DNA of 63,719 bases, counting the filler, from Stramenopiles sp. TOSAG23-2 (lineage: Eukaryota), in assembly GCA_900128395.1 (NCBI GenBank). It is 9 parts of 9 records of this genome, joined end to end, with 100 filler letters (N's around TTAATTAATTAA, not from the genome) between each part and the next. Parts side by side here need not be neighbours in the genome. Positions count along the whole stretch, not along the records: positions 28,430 to 35,425 come from LT650374.1; positions 35,526 to 42,507 come from LT650375.1; positions 42,608 to 49,584 come from LT650376.1; 6 more parts are not named here. One strand, given 5' to 3'. Position 1 is the stretch's first letter; each line of letters begins with the position of its first letter. This document shows, in pieces, positions 34,121 through 45,800 of this stretch. The translations under genes were made by a program, and so were the position numbers. Under the pieces are notes generated by a model. That model did no database searches and was not told the origin of the DNA. It worked only from the letters and a program-made list of their open reading frames with translations.

Positions 34121-35416
34121 ATGGCGGGGAACAACCCACAATCACAAATGGCTGGCTTGAAAGGCATATTACGTTGGACACTGGAACAACAAGCAAATAT
34201 TAGTGATGGAACAACAGAAAGTAAAACTGTAACAGAAGAGGATAGAGCATGGTTACGTGAAGCTATGGAAAATATGATTGATACGACTGACCATTTAAAA
34301 GAATGCGTTGACGTCTTAAACAATGATCAATCAGGTGCAAATCCCATGGAGCAAGATGACGCTGTAAGACAAATACAAGAAAATGCCTTGGATAAATTGA
34401 TGGATATTATTGATAATATTGATTTTGCACGTGATTTAGGTGTCATAGGTGGTATGGAACCATTGCTTATGTTATTAAAGCATCCAAAATATTCATCTTT
34501 ACGATGGCGTGCTGCAAATGTATTAGGTACAGTCGTTCAAAATTCCGAAGTATGCCAACAATGGGCATACGATAAAGGTGCATTGGATGCTGTCATGAAA
34601 CAATTAGAAGTAGAAACAAATTTAAAATGTTCCTGTAAACTATTTTTCGCACTTGCAAGTCTAATACGTGGATTTCAAATTGGAATGAAACATTTCATCA
34701 ATACATATAATGGTTTACATATGTTAAAAGATGTTATAATGAATCAAACAATATTTGCGAATGATAATAATGATAACAACAACAACAATAATAATAATAA
34801 TAATAATAATAATGATGATGATGATGATAAAAAAGAGCAATTGAATTTATTACGTAAAATTTTATTTTTATTTCATTCCATGTTAGGTAATGAAAATGAA
34901 AAGAAAATATTATTATTTTCTGAAAGTGATGATTCTAGTAATAATAATAATATAAATGTCATGTCAACTATTATATTACCAATTGTAATTCAATGTACTG
35001 GATATGTAAAATTAAATAATGATACTACAAATAATAATGCGACAATAATAAATGTACACGATGTGAAGGATATTAAAGATAATTTTCAATTAAATGATGT
35101 TGCACAAGAAACATTACTAAGTTTTTTAAAAGCGGATAACTTATTTCTTAAACAAATTACTTCCATGTATCCAAATTTCTTTGAAGAATTAAAAACAAAA
35201 TTAAATCAATTACAACAAATTGAAGGGGAAGAAGCAATATACGTAGAAGATGAAATCAAACGTATAAAAGAGATGTTAAATATTTTACCATTATTTGAAC
35301 CAACTTCTGAATGGAAACAAGTCATCAATGGGCAACATATTCCTGGTGGATTGGAAATTCGTACTAATTTTGAAAGTGGTGAAACATTTGCACGTCTATT
35401 GCAACAAGAACAATAA
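34121..35416 (+). CDS. Hsp70 nucleotide exchange factor HspBP1/Fes1-like, with SIL1-type motif at C-terminus
   Basis: GLKGILRWTL, EEDRAWLREAM, IDNIDFARDL..IGG and LRWRAANVLGTVVQN (ARM repeats). Tail FEPTSEWKQV..GQHIPGGLEIRTNFESGETFARL. Confidence 0.88.
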   Translation: MAGNNPQSQMAGLKGILRWTLEQQANISDGTTESKTVTEEDRAWLREAMENMIDTTDHLKECVDVLNNDQSGANPMEQDDAVRQIQENALDKLMDIIDNIDFARDLGVIGGMEPLLMLLKHPKYSSLRWRAANVLGTVVQNSEVCQQWAYDKGALDAVMKQLEVETNLKCSCKLFFALASLIRGFQIGMKHFINTYNGLHMLKDVIMNQTIFANDNNDNNNNNNNNNNNNNDDDDDKKEQLNLLRKILFLFHSMLGNENEKKILLFSESDDSSNNNNINVMSTIILPIVIQCTGYVKLNNDTTNNNATIINVHDVKDIKDNFQLNDVAQETLLSFLKADNLFLKQITSMYPNFFEELKTKLNQLQQIEGEEAIYVEDEIKRIKEMLNILPLFEPTSEWKQVINGQHIPGGLEIRTNFESGETFARLLQQEQ

Positions 35417-35425
35417 AATATATAT

Positions 35426-35525
35426 NNNNNNNNNNNNNNNNNNNNNNNNNNNNNNNNNNNNNNNNNNNNTTAATTAATTAANNNNNNNNNNNNNNNNNNN
35501 NNNNNNNNNNNNNNNNNNNNNNNNN
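35426..35525. other. Artificial contig linker
   Basis: 44N-TTAATTAATTAA-44N. Confidence 0.98.
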
Positions 35526-35777
35526 AGGGCTATGCATAGGAATAATTTGAATAGCAGAGGTAGTATGAATAGTCGAGGTAGTATGCGTAGTCGTGGAAGT
35601 AGTCGAGGTAGTAGCCGTGGTGGTATTAGAAATCGCGATGAACCAATTGAGAAACCGAGACGTAAAAAATATTCTCGACCATCAACGGCTCCAATATGGA
35701 GAGTGAAAAACGAAGCGCAAGAGAAATTAGAAATGAAAAAAAAGTTGAAAGAAATGTATGGTGGTGGTGGCAAATAA
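35526..35777 (+). CDS. 3' end of an unknown gene (SRGS repeats, RPSTAP motif), truncated by contig start
   Basis: Open frame from the contig edge to TAA at 35777. Confidence 0.55.
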   Translation, partial: RAMHRNNLNSRGSMNSRGSMRSRGSSRGSSRGGIRNRDEPIEKPRRKKYSRPSTAPIWRVKNEAQEKLEMKKKLKEMYGGGGK

Positions 35778-35979
35778 TAGTAGCATACACTTTTGTCAGA
35801 AGAGTATCACATAAATATATTTTTTTTTTATTTTTATTATTAATGTATTAAAAAATAAATAAAATTTTGAACCTTTTACTAGACACATACGTTTTCGTAT
35901 CATAATTCGTAATATTAAAATATTATATTATACTCGTATATTTTCATTAAAAATATCTTTTTAAAAATAAATACTACGT

Positions 35980-36012
<33 letters not shown>

Positions 36013-36042
36013 TCAGATAAAAATACAACACACATCAAACAT

Positions 36043-37008
36043 TCACTCATATATTTTTATCCAATCGATTTGATGTACAACAGGTAAAAGCCTAGGATAT
36101 GGTTGTGTACCTTCTGGTGGAAAACTGTATGATGCAATCGCTGTATTCAATATTAAATACGCCGCATTTGTTGTAATTTTAGCACCATCACTGATGAAAC
36201 CTGGTCGATCTCCATTAAATCTTTCCCAATATTTATTACCATCGACAAACCATTGAATACTTGTTTCATTCCATTCAACTGAAAAAGTATGAAATTCTTT
36301 TGAAAAGTCAATTTTTGGATTACGTAAAGATGGATATAAGCCATTAAAACTATAATTTCCACAAGTTGTTTGAATACTTCCATCGCAATGCAAATCTTTA
36401 TTGCAAGACTTTGCCCAATGATATGTCCCGAGCACTCCACCATGTTTTGTTCGAGGATCTTTAGTTATACCTAATGATTCCATTATATCGATCTCTCCAC
36501 CACATGGCCAACAGACATTTGGTGGATTTGATGTTTCTGGTTCAGGCATAAGCCAATGAGCAGGCCAAATTCCATAACTATTAGGATCTGGAAGTTTCGC
36601 ATGTATTTCGAATTTTCCAAATTTGTGAAATATTTTATTTTTAGTATCTACCCAGCAAGACGTATAATTATAAAGTTTCCCTTTTTTATCTGTTTTATTA
36701 GTTTGTTTACAGCCACTAAAAGACCCATCTGGAATACAATATGTTGGATTATATCGAGTTCTAAGCGTTAATAAGCCATCTTGGACATAACAATCTTCTT
36801 TTAAATATAATTGCAGTTCTGCATTACCATGTATTTGCCAATCAAACTTGTTCCAACGTGTTTTGTTTAATGTATTAAAATTAAAATGTTCTTGAAATAT
36901 TAATTTATCATATTTTGCATGTATTGGTATGATTCCATATATAGTAATTGTTACGACAACGATTATTATCGTTAGTGTTATGTTGACAATCCTCATTATT
37001 ATATACAA
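36043..37008 (-). CDS. Secreted GH16 laminarinase-like beta-1,3-glucanase
   Basis: Signal peptide, NAELQLY, FGKFEIHAKLP, GIWPAHWLMP, WPCGGEIDIME, FHTFSVEW, WFVDG and IDWIKIY. Confidence 0.93.
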   Translation of the reverse strand: MYIIMRIVNITLTIIIVVVTITIYGIIPIHAKYDKLIFQEHFNFNTLNKTRWNKFDWQIHGNAELQLYLKEDCYVQDGLLTLRTRYNPTYCIPDGSFSGCKQTNKTDKKGKLYNYTSCWVDTKNKIFHKFGKFEIHAKLPDPNSYGIWPAHWLMPEPETSNPPNVCWPCGGEIDIMESLGITKDPRTKHGGVLGTYHWAKSCNKDLHCDGSIQTTCGNYSFNGLYPSLRNPKIDFSKEFHTFSVEWNETSIQWFVDGNKYWERFNGDRPGFISDGAKITTNAAYLILNTAIASYSFPPEGTQPYPRLLPVVHQIDWIKIYE

Positions 37009-37635
37009 ATGATCATTTAATTGTTTCTATGGATGTGTATGGTAGTTGTTGTGTCCTACAGAATTAACTTTTATTGTATTATAGAGAGATATATATCTTT
37101 TTCATCAAAAAATTCAACAATTATTATTATATGTGCATAATAATTCAACCTTAAAACTCTCCTCTCGAATAATTTTTTTTGGCACTGTGTTTTAGTTTAT
37201 TTCATTTAATTACACAGTAGACTATAATCTTTTACGGAGTAGGGAATTTAGAATACTGTACAGATAGAGTATAATAGAGAGAGTAACAATTTTAAATTAT
37301 CCACAATGTATTATAAATATTAATATACGGTATATACAATGTATTAATAAAAAATGCCTCCTGGAATGCCAGAAGAATGACGACTATTTTAATTTACTTT
37401 TTAATATTCAATATTATTATTATTATTATGTGTTGTGCACTTATTTTCTTTTTTGAAAATCGAAAATCATTTTGCGATGATGGGGCTGGGCAAGAAGAAG
37501 CGCATGAACTGCAATGCAATCACGAACTGCGCATGTAACTTCAATATACTGGGCAACATAGAACGTAGACAATATTCACTGTTACTTAATATAACATAAT
37601 ACAGAAAATTTCTGATTTCCAGCATCTACTTTGAC

Positions 37636-40600
37636 ATGGGAAACGCAGTGGTCGGAATCCAACCGAAGATGGAGTTGCATGTCAAAGTGCTTGAACACAA
37701 CAAAACCGAAGTGTACCACACCTGGGGTCTCCCTGATAGAATTCTTCCTACCGCTTGGAATAATGTATATGATGTACTGGAAAATCCTCTCGCTTTTGTA
37801 CGTGCTTCGCCATGGGATACGTTGAAAAACTCTTCAGGCTCTAGCGATAAAAGTTGTGACATAAATATTCACTTTTTGAAGAAGATATTTAGTTCAAAAA
37901 TATTGTTTGATACAAAAGTTGACACCGACGAACTATCTGGAGTACCAGAGTCGCAGAAATTTATCGATCGTTATTTACCAGGTGTGGTAAAAAGGGATCC
38001 TTCAAGTGAAAACCGTTATATTAGTGGGAAGGCGTGGCGTGGCCAAGAGTTGTCCCGAATTCACCCCGGAGATACGCACAATAAAGCGTTGCAAGTACCT
38101 CCTGAAGAAATCAGTGGCGACTATGAGGAACCCCCCAAAAAGCAACGTATTACGACGAAATGTGGTGGAAGATTGTGGGGGCTTGGATTTGGGATTGCAA
38201 AACCAAATAAGGACAAAAAGTTAGACTTTAAGGAATTTGAGATGTTAAAAGCGTCATATCCCACACAGTTGTTGGTACGGTTCGACCCAGAGAAGAAATA
38301 TCTTCTCTACGAAGCCTTTGATTTTATTCCCCAACTAGAAAAAAGCTTAAAATTTGAGACAGTAACCCCAGAAGAGTTGCAAAAAATTGAATTCATAGTT
38401 AGGCAATACAACGCCATGGAATCTCCAGAAGCAAACGAGAATAGCTACGAAGTATTAATGGAGCGATCTAATGCGCGAGCGGAGGGAAGAGAACCGAATT
38501 TACCAGAGTCTGACATTGTTGATATACCTTCCCCTTCACTTTCACATTCAGAGAAATGTCAGCATTATGGTCCAAAACTGATCTCGTTGCTTTTAAATTG
38601 GATTCGCTGGAAAGAATCAACCTGGCGCCGTGTTCGATTTTCTATTGAAGAAATTGTTGACGCTCAGTTTACAATCTTTGATTACAAAGATAGACCCCAT
38701 TGTGACATACCACATAAAAGCATCGAACTGCACGAATCAGCTGATATGCTGGAAGGGGGAAGGGGGAAAATTCAAGCTGAATCAAGTGGCCCAGAAATTG
38801 AGCCTCTAGGTGTGCTAAAGCTTACGCTTAATCCCAAAATGAAATCTGCTAGTTTTGCATGCACAGAAGTCCTTTCTGTTAACAAGTTTTCTCGATCTTT
38901 TGTAAAAGGCGAAGATTGGACACCGAAAGCCATTCTCAGCAAAGCAACAGTGCACTACATTGTAGGCGATGCGAGCGAAATCAAGGAATTATGTAATTTC
39001 CTTGCCTCTCGAAGTCCTAAATTGAAAAGCTTTCTGAACGCGAAAAATACAGAGTTTAAAACAGGTGACACAGAAAGCGATGACGGAGAAGATTCAGATG
39101 ACAGCGAAGATGGCGAAGATTTATCCCCGGTTTATCACAATGGTGAAGCGTATTACAAAACCAAAGCTGGCGAAGTTTTTAAACGTGATAATCAGACGAC
39201 GCTGATCCCAGTTGAATTGAGCAAGGCTGAAATGGAGTCGATATTTCCGCATTCAGACAATGATGAGGATTGTACCGTTGCAGAGCCACCCGAGAAACGC
39301 TTAAAAACTGTAGAGCCATCAAATGTTACATTCAAAAACAAAAAGGATGTTATTGATTTTCTAACTCGTGCGGGTGTAAATGTAGGCGAATTTCGTGGCT
39401 ATAAAGGAGATGTACGATACAGACTGAATGAATGTCTTTTGGCGGGACTTTTGAACGGCAGTGTAAAAGTGTCAACAGAGCTGTACAATGCAAGCGACGC
39501 TTCGGAATTTCTGAAAACTGTTTTGATTGGCAACGAAAAATGTTACAATTGCTATAAGCATGTGACGGTGAAAGTTTCTGATGTAATTGAATCACCATAC
39601 ATAAAGTTATGCTGTGAATCATCTGAGGAAAGTAGTGAGGAAGGAAGCGACGAAGAACGTGACTATAAGCACGATTGTGAAGGCTGTTATGTTCAACAAA
39701 TTTGTCAAGGAAAGCCAAGTCTAACAAGAAGAAAATATTTTCATCACTGTACTGACTGTCCAAACTGGGGGGATTGTGTGGGGGATGAACGGTGCCGCCA
39801 TTGCCTTCGTTGCGGCAAACATTATTTTTCTGGATATACTGGTTTTCCATGTGATTGTCTAGGTGGTGCTGCTGCATATGATGCAGAGCATTGCATGGGT
39901 TGGGGCGTTGAAGGAGATGATACGGCACGATTTAGTAGAAGGCCTCAGTGTCCCATCATTAAGCCGCTCAGTAATACCGCATTGAGTTGGAATGGTAAAC
40001 TTATTGGATATGATACTGTTTGCATTGAGGACATTAAATCACAAAATGATGCAGCTCGTGCGAAGCAACGGCACGTGAAGTTAGTAGAGAAAATTAAAAG
40101 CAAAGAGAAGTATTACGCTCAAATACCTAAAAAGGAAATTGAAGCAAGCTCTTGTGAAGAACTTGAGAGTAAAATGAGTGAAATCGATAATAATCACACT
40201 CAGATTTTAGATAAGATTAGGGAGTCTCCATTGTGTGATTTGCTTGAGACGCTGCCCGAAGACAAACTTTACTCAATAGAAAAGATAAAAAGTTTTCTGA
40301 GTGGGAGAGTGAATTCGTTGATGTTATCTATCATCTTACGCACGATTTCACCCAGCAACGCTTTAGGAAGTTCTAATACCGCTACTACAGCAACATCACG
40401 AGGTGGCTCTAATGCACCACCAAGTAGCTATCCTTTTTCGCGCAGATGGGGCTATGAAGAAAATCGTAGTGGGGTTCTTCCTGAGGGATCTAGGCCTACG
40501 CTACATCAATCAGAGCTTCATCAAGGAATGCTCGTATGGGTGAATGTTACTGAGTATGAAGTTGTGCGCGACTCAGAGACTAAGACCTTCCTGGAAGGAT

Positions 40601-42114
40601 GGCAACCGTGTCGCCTAGGCCTTAGCAACTTTCCAAAGTATGTAGACGCGCACCGGTTTGAGTTTCTGAGTGAAGGGCGCTATTCTTACGCACGCTGTGT
40701 AGACGTGGAGAATGATATGAGAGCATTGACAAAAGACGAGTTTGAAGGAGCGCTGCATTTTGAGTGTCAGGCACTGAATAGTACTGATGACATGCATGAA
40801 TTTATGGGAGAAGCAATTGAGCGTGCCTTGGATAAAGGCTCTATTTCATTTTCAGGCATATCTTCAATTGAAATAAGACTGCTATGCAAATTTGTGGGTC
40901 CATTCACTACCGCTTGTAAACGTATCTATAAAAAATGCAATGTTGTGTTCACTACAGACATGCTGTCTTGGTTAGGACAGATTTACGCTTCCGTAGACGA
41001 TGTTGCTACAGTTAGGCGACTGGTAGAATTAACAAAGAAACCATTAAGTAGACAGGCAAGAGCAGACGTACGGGATGGTATTCGTGTACAAGAAGGTGCC
41101 ACAATTGATCATTTTTCTTTGCTGAAAAATATTGCTAAGGCAGGCGCTGGTGATGTATTTGATTACCTCATGAATGAGTCGGGTTTAAATTTTGAAGATA
41201 AGAGTGGCACACACAGATATGGCTATGGCTTTAGATCGCAGGGAACACCGGTAGAAAAAGTTTTAGCACGACTTGCAAAGTTTGGATATACTTACTACAA
41301 AGGTGTGTCGTTGAAACATTTAGAAGGGCATTTAAAATGTATTCGGATTTGTTTGGAGCACGGTGCTACGATAACAGATGACGTTATATCGTGGTTGTCA
41401 TCCATTCGGGGACCACCAGTGATACTAGTGTCTATTATGCAGTCTAAGGGTCCCAAAATGCTGCAAGAACTTTTATCTTATTTTTGCCATTCTGATTCGG
41501 AGCAATACGTGACGTCAAAAACAAATGAAAACATTACCAGTATAGCAAAAAAAAATGGCTATAATGCTGATGCAATGGTTAAGCTGAACGAAGAAAAGTA
41601 CCCTGGCATTACAAAGTCAAGAAAATTAAAAAAAAACACAAAACTTTTAGGATATTGTATTGATGGTGTTGACAAAAAGTGCTACTGGTATAACGAAATG
41701 TGGACTAGATCGTCGTGGCCAGTGTATACGCATACTGATTGCATTGTAGAACTTTTGAAAGCCGGTGCAGATCCAACTGGACCATGCTCTTCTCAGCAAG
41801 ATAATTTATCCAGTATTTTAGCATACGACGGCCATGCAAATGATAGCAATAAAAAAGGAAGCAGCAGCGATGCTAGTAAGCGGAAGAAGAAGAAGAATAA
41901 CAACGCAAATGCGAAGAAGAGACCAGCATCTGATACGACAACAAACGAAAGTATCCTCGAACGATTGCTAAGGTTGCACCCCCGCTCTGTAACCATTAGG
42001 ATTCTACAGACGGTGGCTAATGATAACGATGCTGCTAATAATTTAGAAGAATTGTTTGGTAAAGAACTTTTGAAATTACGCGATGATTGTAGGGACAAGT
42101 TAAAAAAGAAATAG
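37636..42114 (+). CDS. 1492-aa intronless mosaic protein: Cys/His-rich putative zinc-binding region, LysM-like domain, degenerate ankyrin-like segments
   Basis: HHCTDCPNWGDCVGDERCRHCLRCGKHYFSGYTGFPCDC. YVTSKTNENITSIAKKNGYNADAMVKLN...PGITKSRKLKKNTKL (LysM-like). CIRICLEHGA and CIVELLKAGADP (ankyrin-like). Confidence 0.75.
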   Translation: MGNAVVGIQPKMELHVKVLEHNKTEVYHTWGLPDRILPTAWNNVYDVLENPLAFVRASPWDTLKNSSGSSDKSCDINIHFLKKIFSSKILFDTKVDTDELSGVPESQKFIDRYLPGVVKRDPSSENRYISGKAWRGQELSRIHPGDTHNKALQVPPEEISGDYEEPPKKQRITTKCGGRLWGLGFGIAKPNKDKKLDFKEFEMLKASYPTQLLVRFDPEKKYLLYEAFDFIPQLEKSLKFETVTPEELQKIEFIVRQYNAMESPEANENSYEVLMERSNARAEGREPNLPESDIVDIPSPSLSHSEKCQHYGPKLISLLLNWIRWKESTWRRVRFSIEEIVDAQFTIFDYKDRPHCDIPHKSIELHESADMLEGGRGKIQAESSGPEIEPLGVLKLTLNPKMKSASFACTEVLSVNKFSRSFVKGEDWTPKAILSKATVHYIVGDASEIKELCNFLASRSPKLKSFLNAKNTEFKTGDTESDDGEDSDDSEDGEDLSPVYHNGEAYYKTKAGEVFKRDNQTTLIPVELSKAEMESIFPHSDNDEDCTVAEPPEKRLKTVEPSNVTFKNKKDVIDFLTRAGVNVGEFRGYKGDVRYRLNECLLAGLLNGSVKVSTELYNASDASEFLKTVLIGNEKCYNCYKHVTVKVSDVIESPYIKLCCESSEESSEEGSDEERDYKHDCEGCYVQQICQGKPSLTRRKYFHHCTDCPNWGDCVGDERCRHCLRCGKHYFSGYTGFPCDCLGGAAAYDAEHCMGWGVEGDDTARFSRRPQCPIIKPLSNTALSWNGKLIGYDTVCIEDIKSQNDAARAKQRHVKLVEKIKSKEKYYAQIPKKEIEASSCEELESKMSEIDNNHTQILDKIRESPLCDLLETLPEDKLYSIEKIKSFLSGRVNSLMLSIILRTISPSNALGSSNTATTATSRGGSNAPPSSYPFSRRWGYEENRSGVLPEGSRPTLHQSELHQGMLVWVNVTEYEVVRDSETKTFLEGWQPCRLGLSNFPKYVDAHRFEFLSEGRYSYARCVDVENDMRALTKDEFEGALHFECQALNSTDDMHEFMGEAIERALDKGSISFSGISSIEIRLLCKFVGPFTTACKRIYKKCNVVFTTDMLSWLGQIYASVDDVATVRRLVELTKKPLSRQARADVRDGIRVQEGATIDHFSLLKNIAKAGAGDVFDYLMNESGLNFEDKSGTHRYGYGFRSQGTPVEKVLARLAKFGYTYYKGVSLKHLEGHLKCIRICLEHGATITDDVISWLSSIRGPPVILVSIMQSKGPKMLQELLSYFCHSDSEQYVTSKTNENITSIAKKNGYNADAMVKLNEEKYPGITKSRKLKKNTKLLGYCIDGVDKKCYWYNEMWTRSSWPVYTHTDCIVELLKAGADPTGPCSSQQDNLSSILAYDGHANDSNKKGSSSDASKRKKKKNNNANAKKRPASDTTTNESILERLLRLHPRSVTIRILQTVANDNDAANNLEELFGKELLKLRDDCRDKLKKK

Positions 42115-42507
42115 CAATAGTAATAATAATTCCTGTCAAAACAATACAATCAAGTACAACATATCATTGTGATATTTTAGAAATGTGTTAATTACACATA
42201 CCAAATATACAACGAAGTATGCTATATCGTGCAGGTGTTGTTCACAGGGATATAAATAAATAACTTGGGTTGTTAGTTTTATTTAAATTTAAATTTGAAT
42301 CTGTATAGAGGATGATATGTGTGATATATGTGTATTATTTTGTACTTAAATTAACAACACTACAGTTTTATTATCCTATCAAACAAGTTGTTCATCCAAA
42401 ATCTTATGCTATAAGCTCTGCCGGATTTGCGTTTTGGGGTGATTTTGTGCGATGTTTGTGGCAGTATGGACACAGCAGGTCTTACTTTAGAACAAATTTC
42501 CGCTTTG

Positions 42508-42607
42508 NNNNNNNNNNNNNNNNNNNNNNNNNNNNNNNNNNNNNNNNNNNNTTAATTAATTAANNNNNNNNNNNNNNNNNNNNNNNNNNNNNNNNNNNNN
42601 NNNNNNN
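42508..42607. other. Artificial contig linker
   Basis: 44N-TTAATTAATTAA-44N. Confidence 0.98.
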
Positions 42608-42813
42608 TATACTAGTGGAGCCTAAGTTTAAAAAGGTATTTTCAATGTTTTTCCTTTGTTTTCATGTAATGAAATGAAAAATCCATCATCATAACAATGA
42701 ATTAGAAGAATTTAGGTTGAATAATACGATTTTAGTAAAATTTGATTAAAAATATGCGAGTTGTAATGATATGTAGTGTTATGTTATTATTATTATTTTA
42801 CAACATTTTACAA

Positions 42814-45800
42814 TCACAACCTATCATCATCCTTCAACCAGCTATTTACTTTAGATCGTAATGCACGTCGACGTAAAGATGCCTTTTTCTCCTCCCTTAA
42901 CATTGGCATTACGGTTTTCCATGATCTGAAGAGATTCAAAACTAATTTTTTTCGATAAAATACATCTGCACGTTGGCATCGTATAATACGTTCACCACGT
43001 AATTCACGTGCTTTGATCCGTAGATATCTTAAACAATCTTTTTGTAATCTATATTCATTTTGTTTACGAACAGCTTCTTCGCGAATGCGTAACGAATTGT
43101 GATAACTTAACATAGCATCAAATACTTTAACTTTTAAGTTATACCTAAAATGCGTATTAGCACGGGCTTCTTTTCTTAAAATTTCTACAGCTTTACGGCG
43201 TCTAGATGCATTTGCAAAATGTTTCCAATCCCTCATGGCTTTCAAAGTAACAATTCGATGAAAATGATTTCTGGCTTTAACGCTTTCCATCCGTGCAAGT
43301 ATCATAAATAAACACCATGGACGAAACCCATAGTATTTCATGCATAATTCCGTATTTTTAATAATGGCATCTCCATATTTTCTTTTTGCAAGTTCGATTC
43401 GTTCTGCTTTACGCGTTGCTTCCAGTTTCCTACGCTTTGCTTCACATCGTTTTAAGAACTTTCTTCCACCTTTAGCAGCATCTACAAATACTACTTTGCC
43501 CATTTCCCTGATTTGTTCTATGTACAATTTCTCTTGGTCAGCTAATTGGCGACGTTGACGCCGTGCTTCACGTTTTATTTTACGTTCCTCTGCACGTTTT
43601 TCCATAGCACTTAAAAATTCACAATATTTTCCTTCATATGCATTATCTGTTGGCACACGTGATGCATGTAATGACGATGTCATGTTATCATCTCGATTCA
43701 ATTTTTCTTTCTTGCTATGATAACGAGATTCATCATCATCAACATCTTCATCATTGTATTTGGATTCATAAGGACTAACCTTCGTTGCCATTCGGATACC
43801 CTCAGCAACATAATCTTCTTGCAATCGTTCCTCGTGAAGTTTCTCAGCTTCTTCTTGTTTGGTACTTTTGGCTACGGAGACAAGCTTATCTAGCTTTTTT
43901 CGACGTAGTCTTTTATTTCGAAATTTTTGTACATCATTTACAAATGTACACCATTTTCTAAAACAGTTATTCTTTCTTCTCCATTTATACAATAACGTTG
44001 CTTTGTGGTAATTTTCTCTACGTCGAACGACATATTTAATTTTCAAACGCCATCTTTTCCAAACTCGCTTCTTGCGATTTTTTTGTGCAAATAAATCAAT
44101 TTGTCTTTGTCTTTTTCTTACACTTTTCCTTTTTTTACAAAATCTTGACCATTTCTTAAATATATGAGATTTTTTCACCCAAGCTCTATATTGATCTATA
44201 CGATGTTTTCTTTGAATACGATCGTTACGCTCGTACAATGCTGTTTTAACGTAAACGGACCATTTTAGAAATATTACTTTAAGATTTGCCATGTTTTCTT
44301 CTTCCATACAACGTTCATCAAACCTTGTTAGAACAAATTGATTCCAATTATTGAAATATTCTTGCAACAACGAAAGATTACGTTTTCTTCTCATTTCTTC
44401 CTTTGCAATCAATATTTTCTCCCGCTTCGCCCTTTCTAGCCTTAATTTCAACATTTCTTTAACGCGTGCTTTTTCCTTTTCCTCACGCTCGTTTTTCAAT
44501 TTATTTTGATATTGAACTCGCATTCGTCTTACTTCATTTTCTTGTTGCTCCACTAAGTTATTTAATTTTACAATAGATTTAGACAGGGGATTGACTATCT
44601 TTTTCTTAGACTTTCTTGATGAACCAACATGGTTGCTATTACGATTAAATGGTGGAGGGCTTTCATCATCATCACTCACGCGATGTAATCTATGGACTTG
44701 TTTTTCCCGTTGTTCTTTTTGTCGTAATCTCCATTGACGACGTTTTTCACTCTCCTCCTTTGCTTTATAACGATTGTATTCCGACTTACTCATATTTATA
44801 GCATTCTCTTGCCTTTCCTTTGCCAACTTTTCTTGTCGTTGTTTTCTGCGCTCTCTTTTTTCATTTAACAATCTTTGTCTCTCCTCAATTACTAATCTAG
44901 GATTTCGCGAATTCGATCGTATTTGCCGTATTTGATCCTTGTCTAATATAATCTCTGTACGGTTTGATTCGCGTAAAGTTTCATGAAACGTTTTGCGATT
45001 ATTGGTATTTAATCGTTGTCGTTGATAAGTTTGATCTTGCGTAATCGCATCATCCAATAATGCATTTGTTTTTGCACGTAATTTAATCTTTTCTGCCTCA
45101 TCTTCAGCATTTAACCAAGTTCGTAATATTTTCCTTGCTTCACCAGCATGCTGTTCCTCCTGTTCAAAATCTTCTTCATCATTTTCAGTATCACTTGTAT
45201 CATAACCAGTAAAACATTGACGTATGTCACCAGGAGAAGACATTAAGTCCATTAGCGACGTGTGTTCGTTATTTCGACGACCCTTTTTACCATCAATAAA
45301 CTCATTCATACTTTTTGAATTAAATGTAGTAGTATTCATATTCTTATTATCAGCACCGTTATTTTCTTCATCCCCATCTTCCGCTAATGTAGTTTCTTTC
45401 ACTTTTTGAATCCATCTTTCAACTTCTAATTCTACTTCTGCTTCATCAGTATCCTTTTTACTAATACGTAATGGATGTTTCGTTGCAGTATTTGAGAAAA
45501 TGTAAGATGGTGAAGGTGTTGCTTCCGGTTCTACATGTAACATTGATGATGGACTCATTTCGTTACCATTAATAGAGTGATTTTCACTATTATTATTATC
45601 ATTATTATTACTACTACCAAAACGTTGACGCCAATAAGATGGTGGCGTAGTATATGGTGGAGGTTCCACTTGGTCTTCTTCTCCATCCTTTATATCTTGA
45701 TCGTATGAATTCATATTTGAATATCCCTGTTTTATTCTAGGAGATGTTATAATAATCCCAGTATCATCCTCTTCAATCACCAAATTAGCATTTCTGTTAA

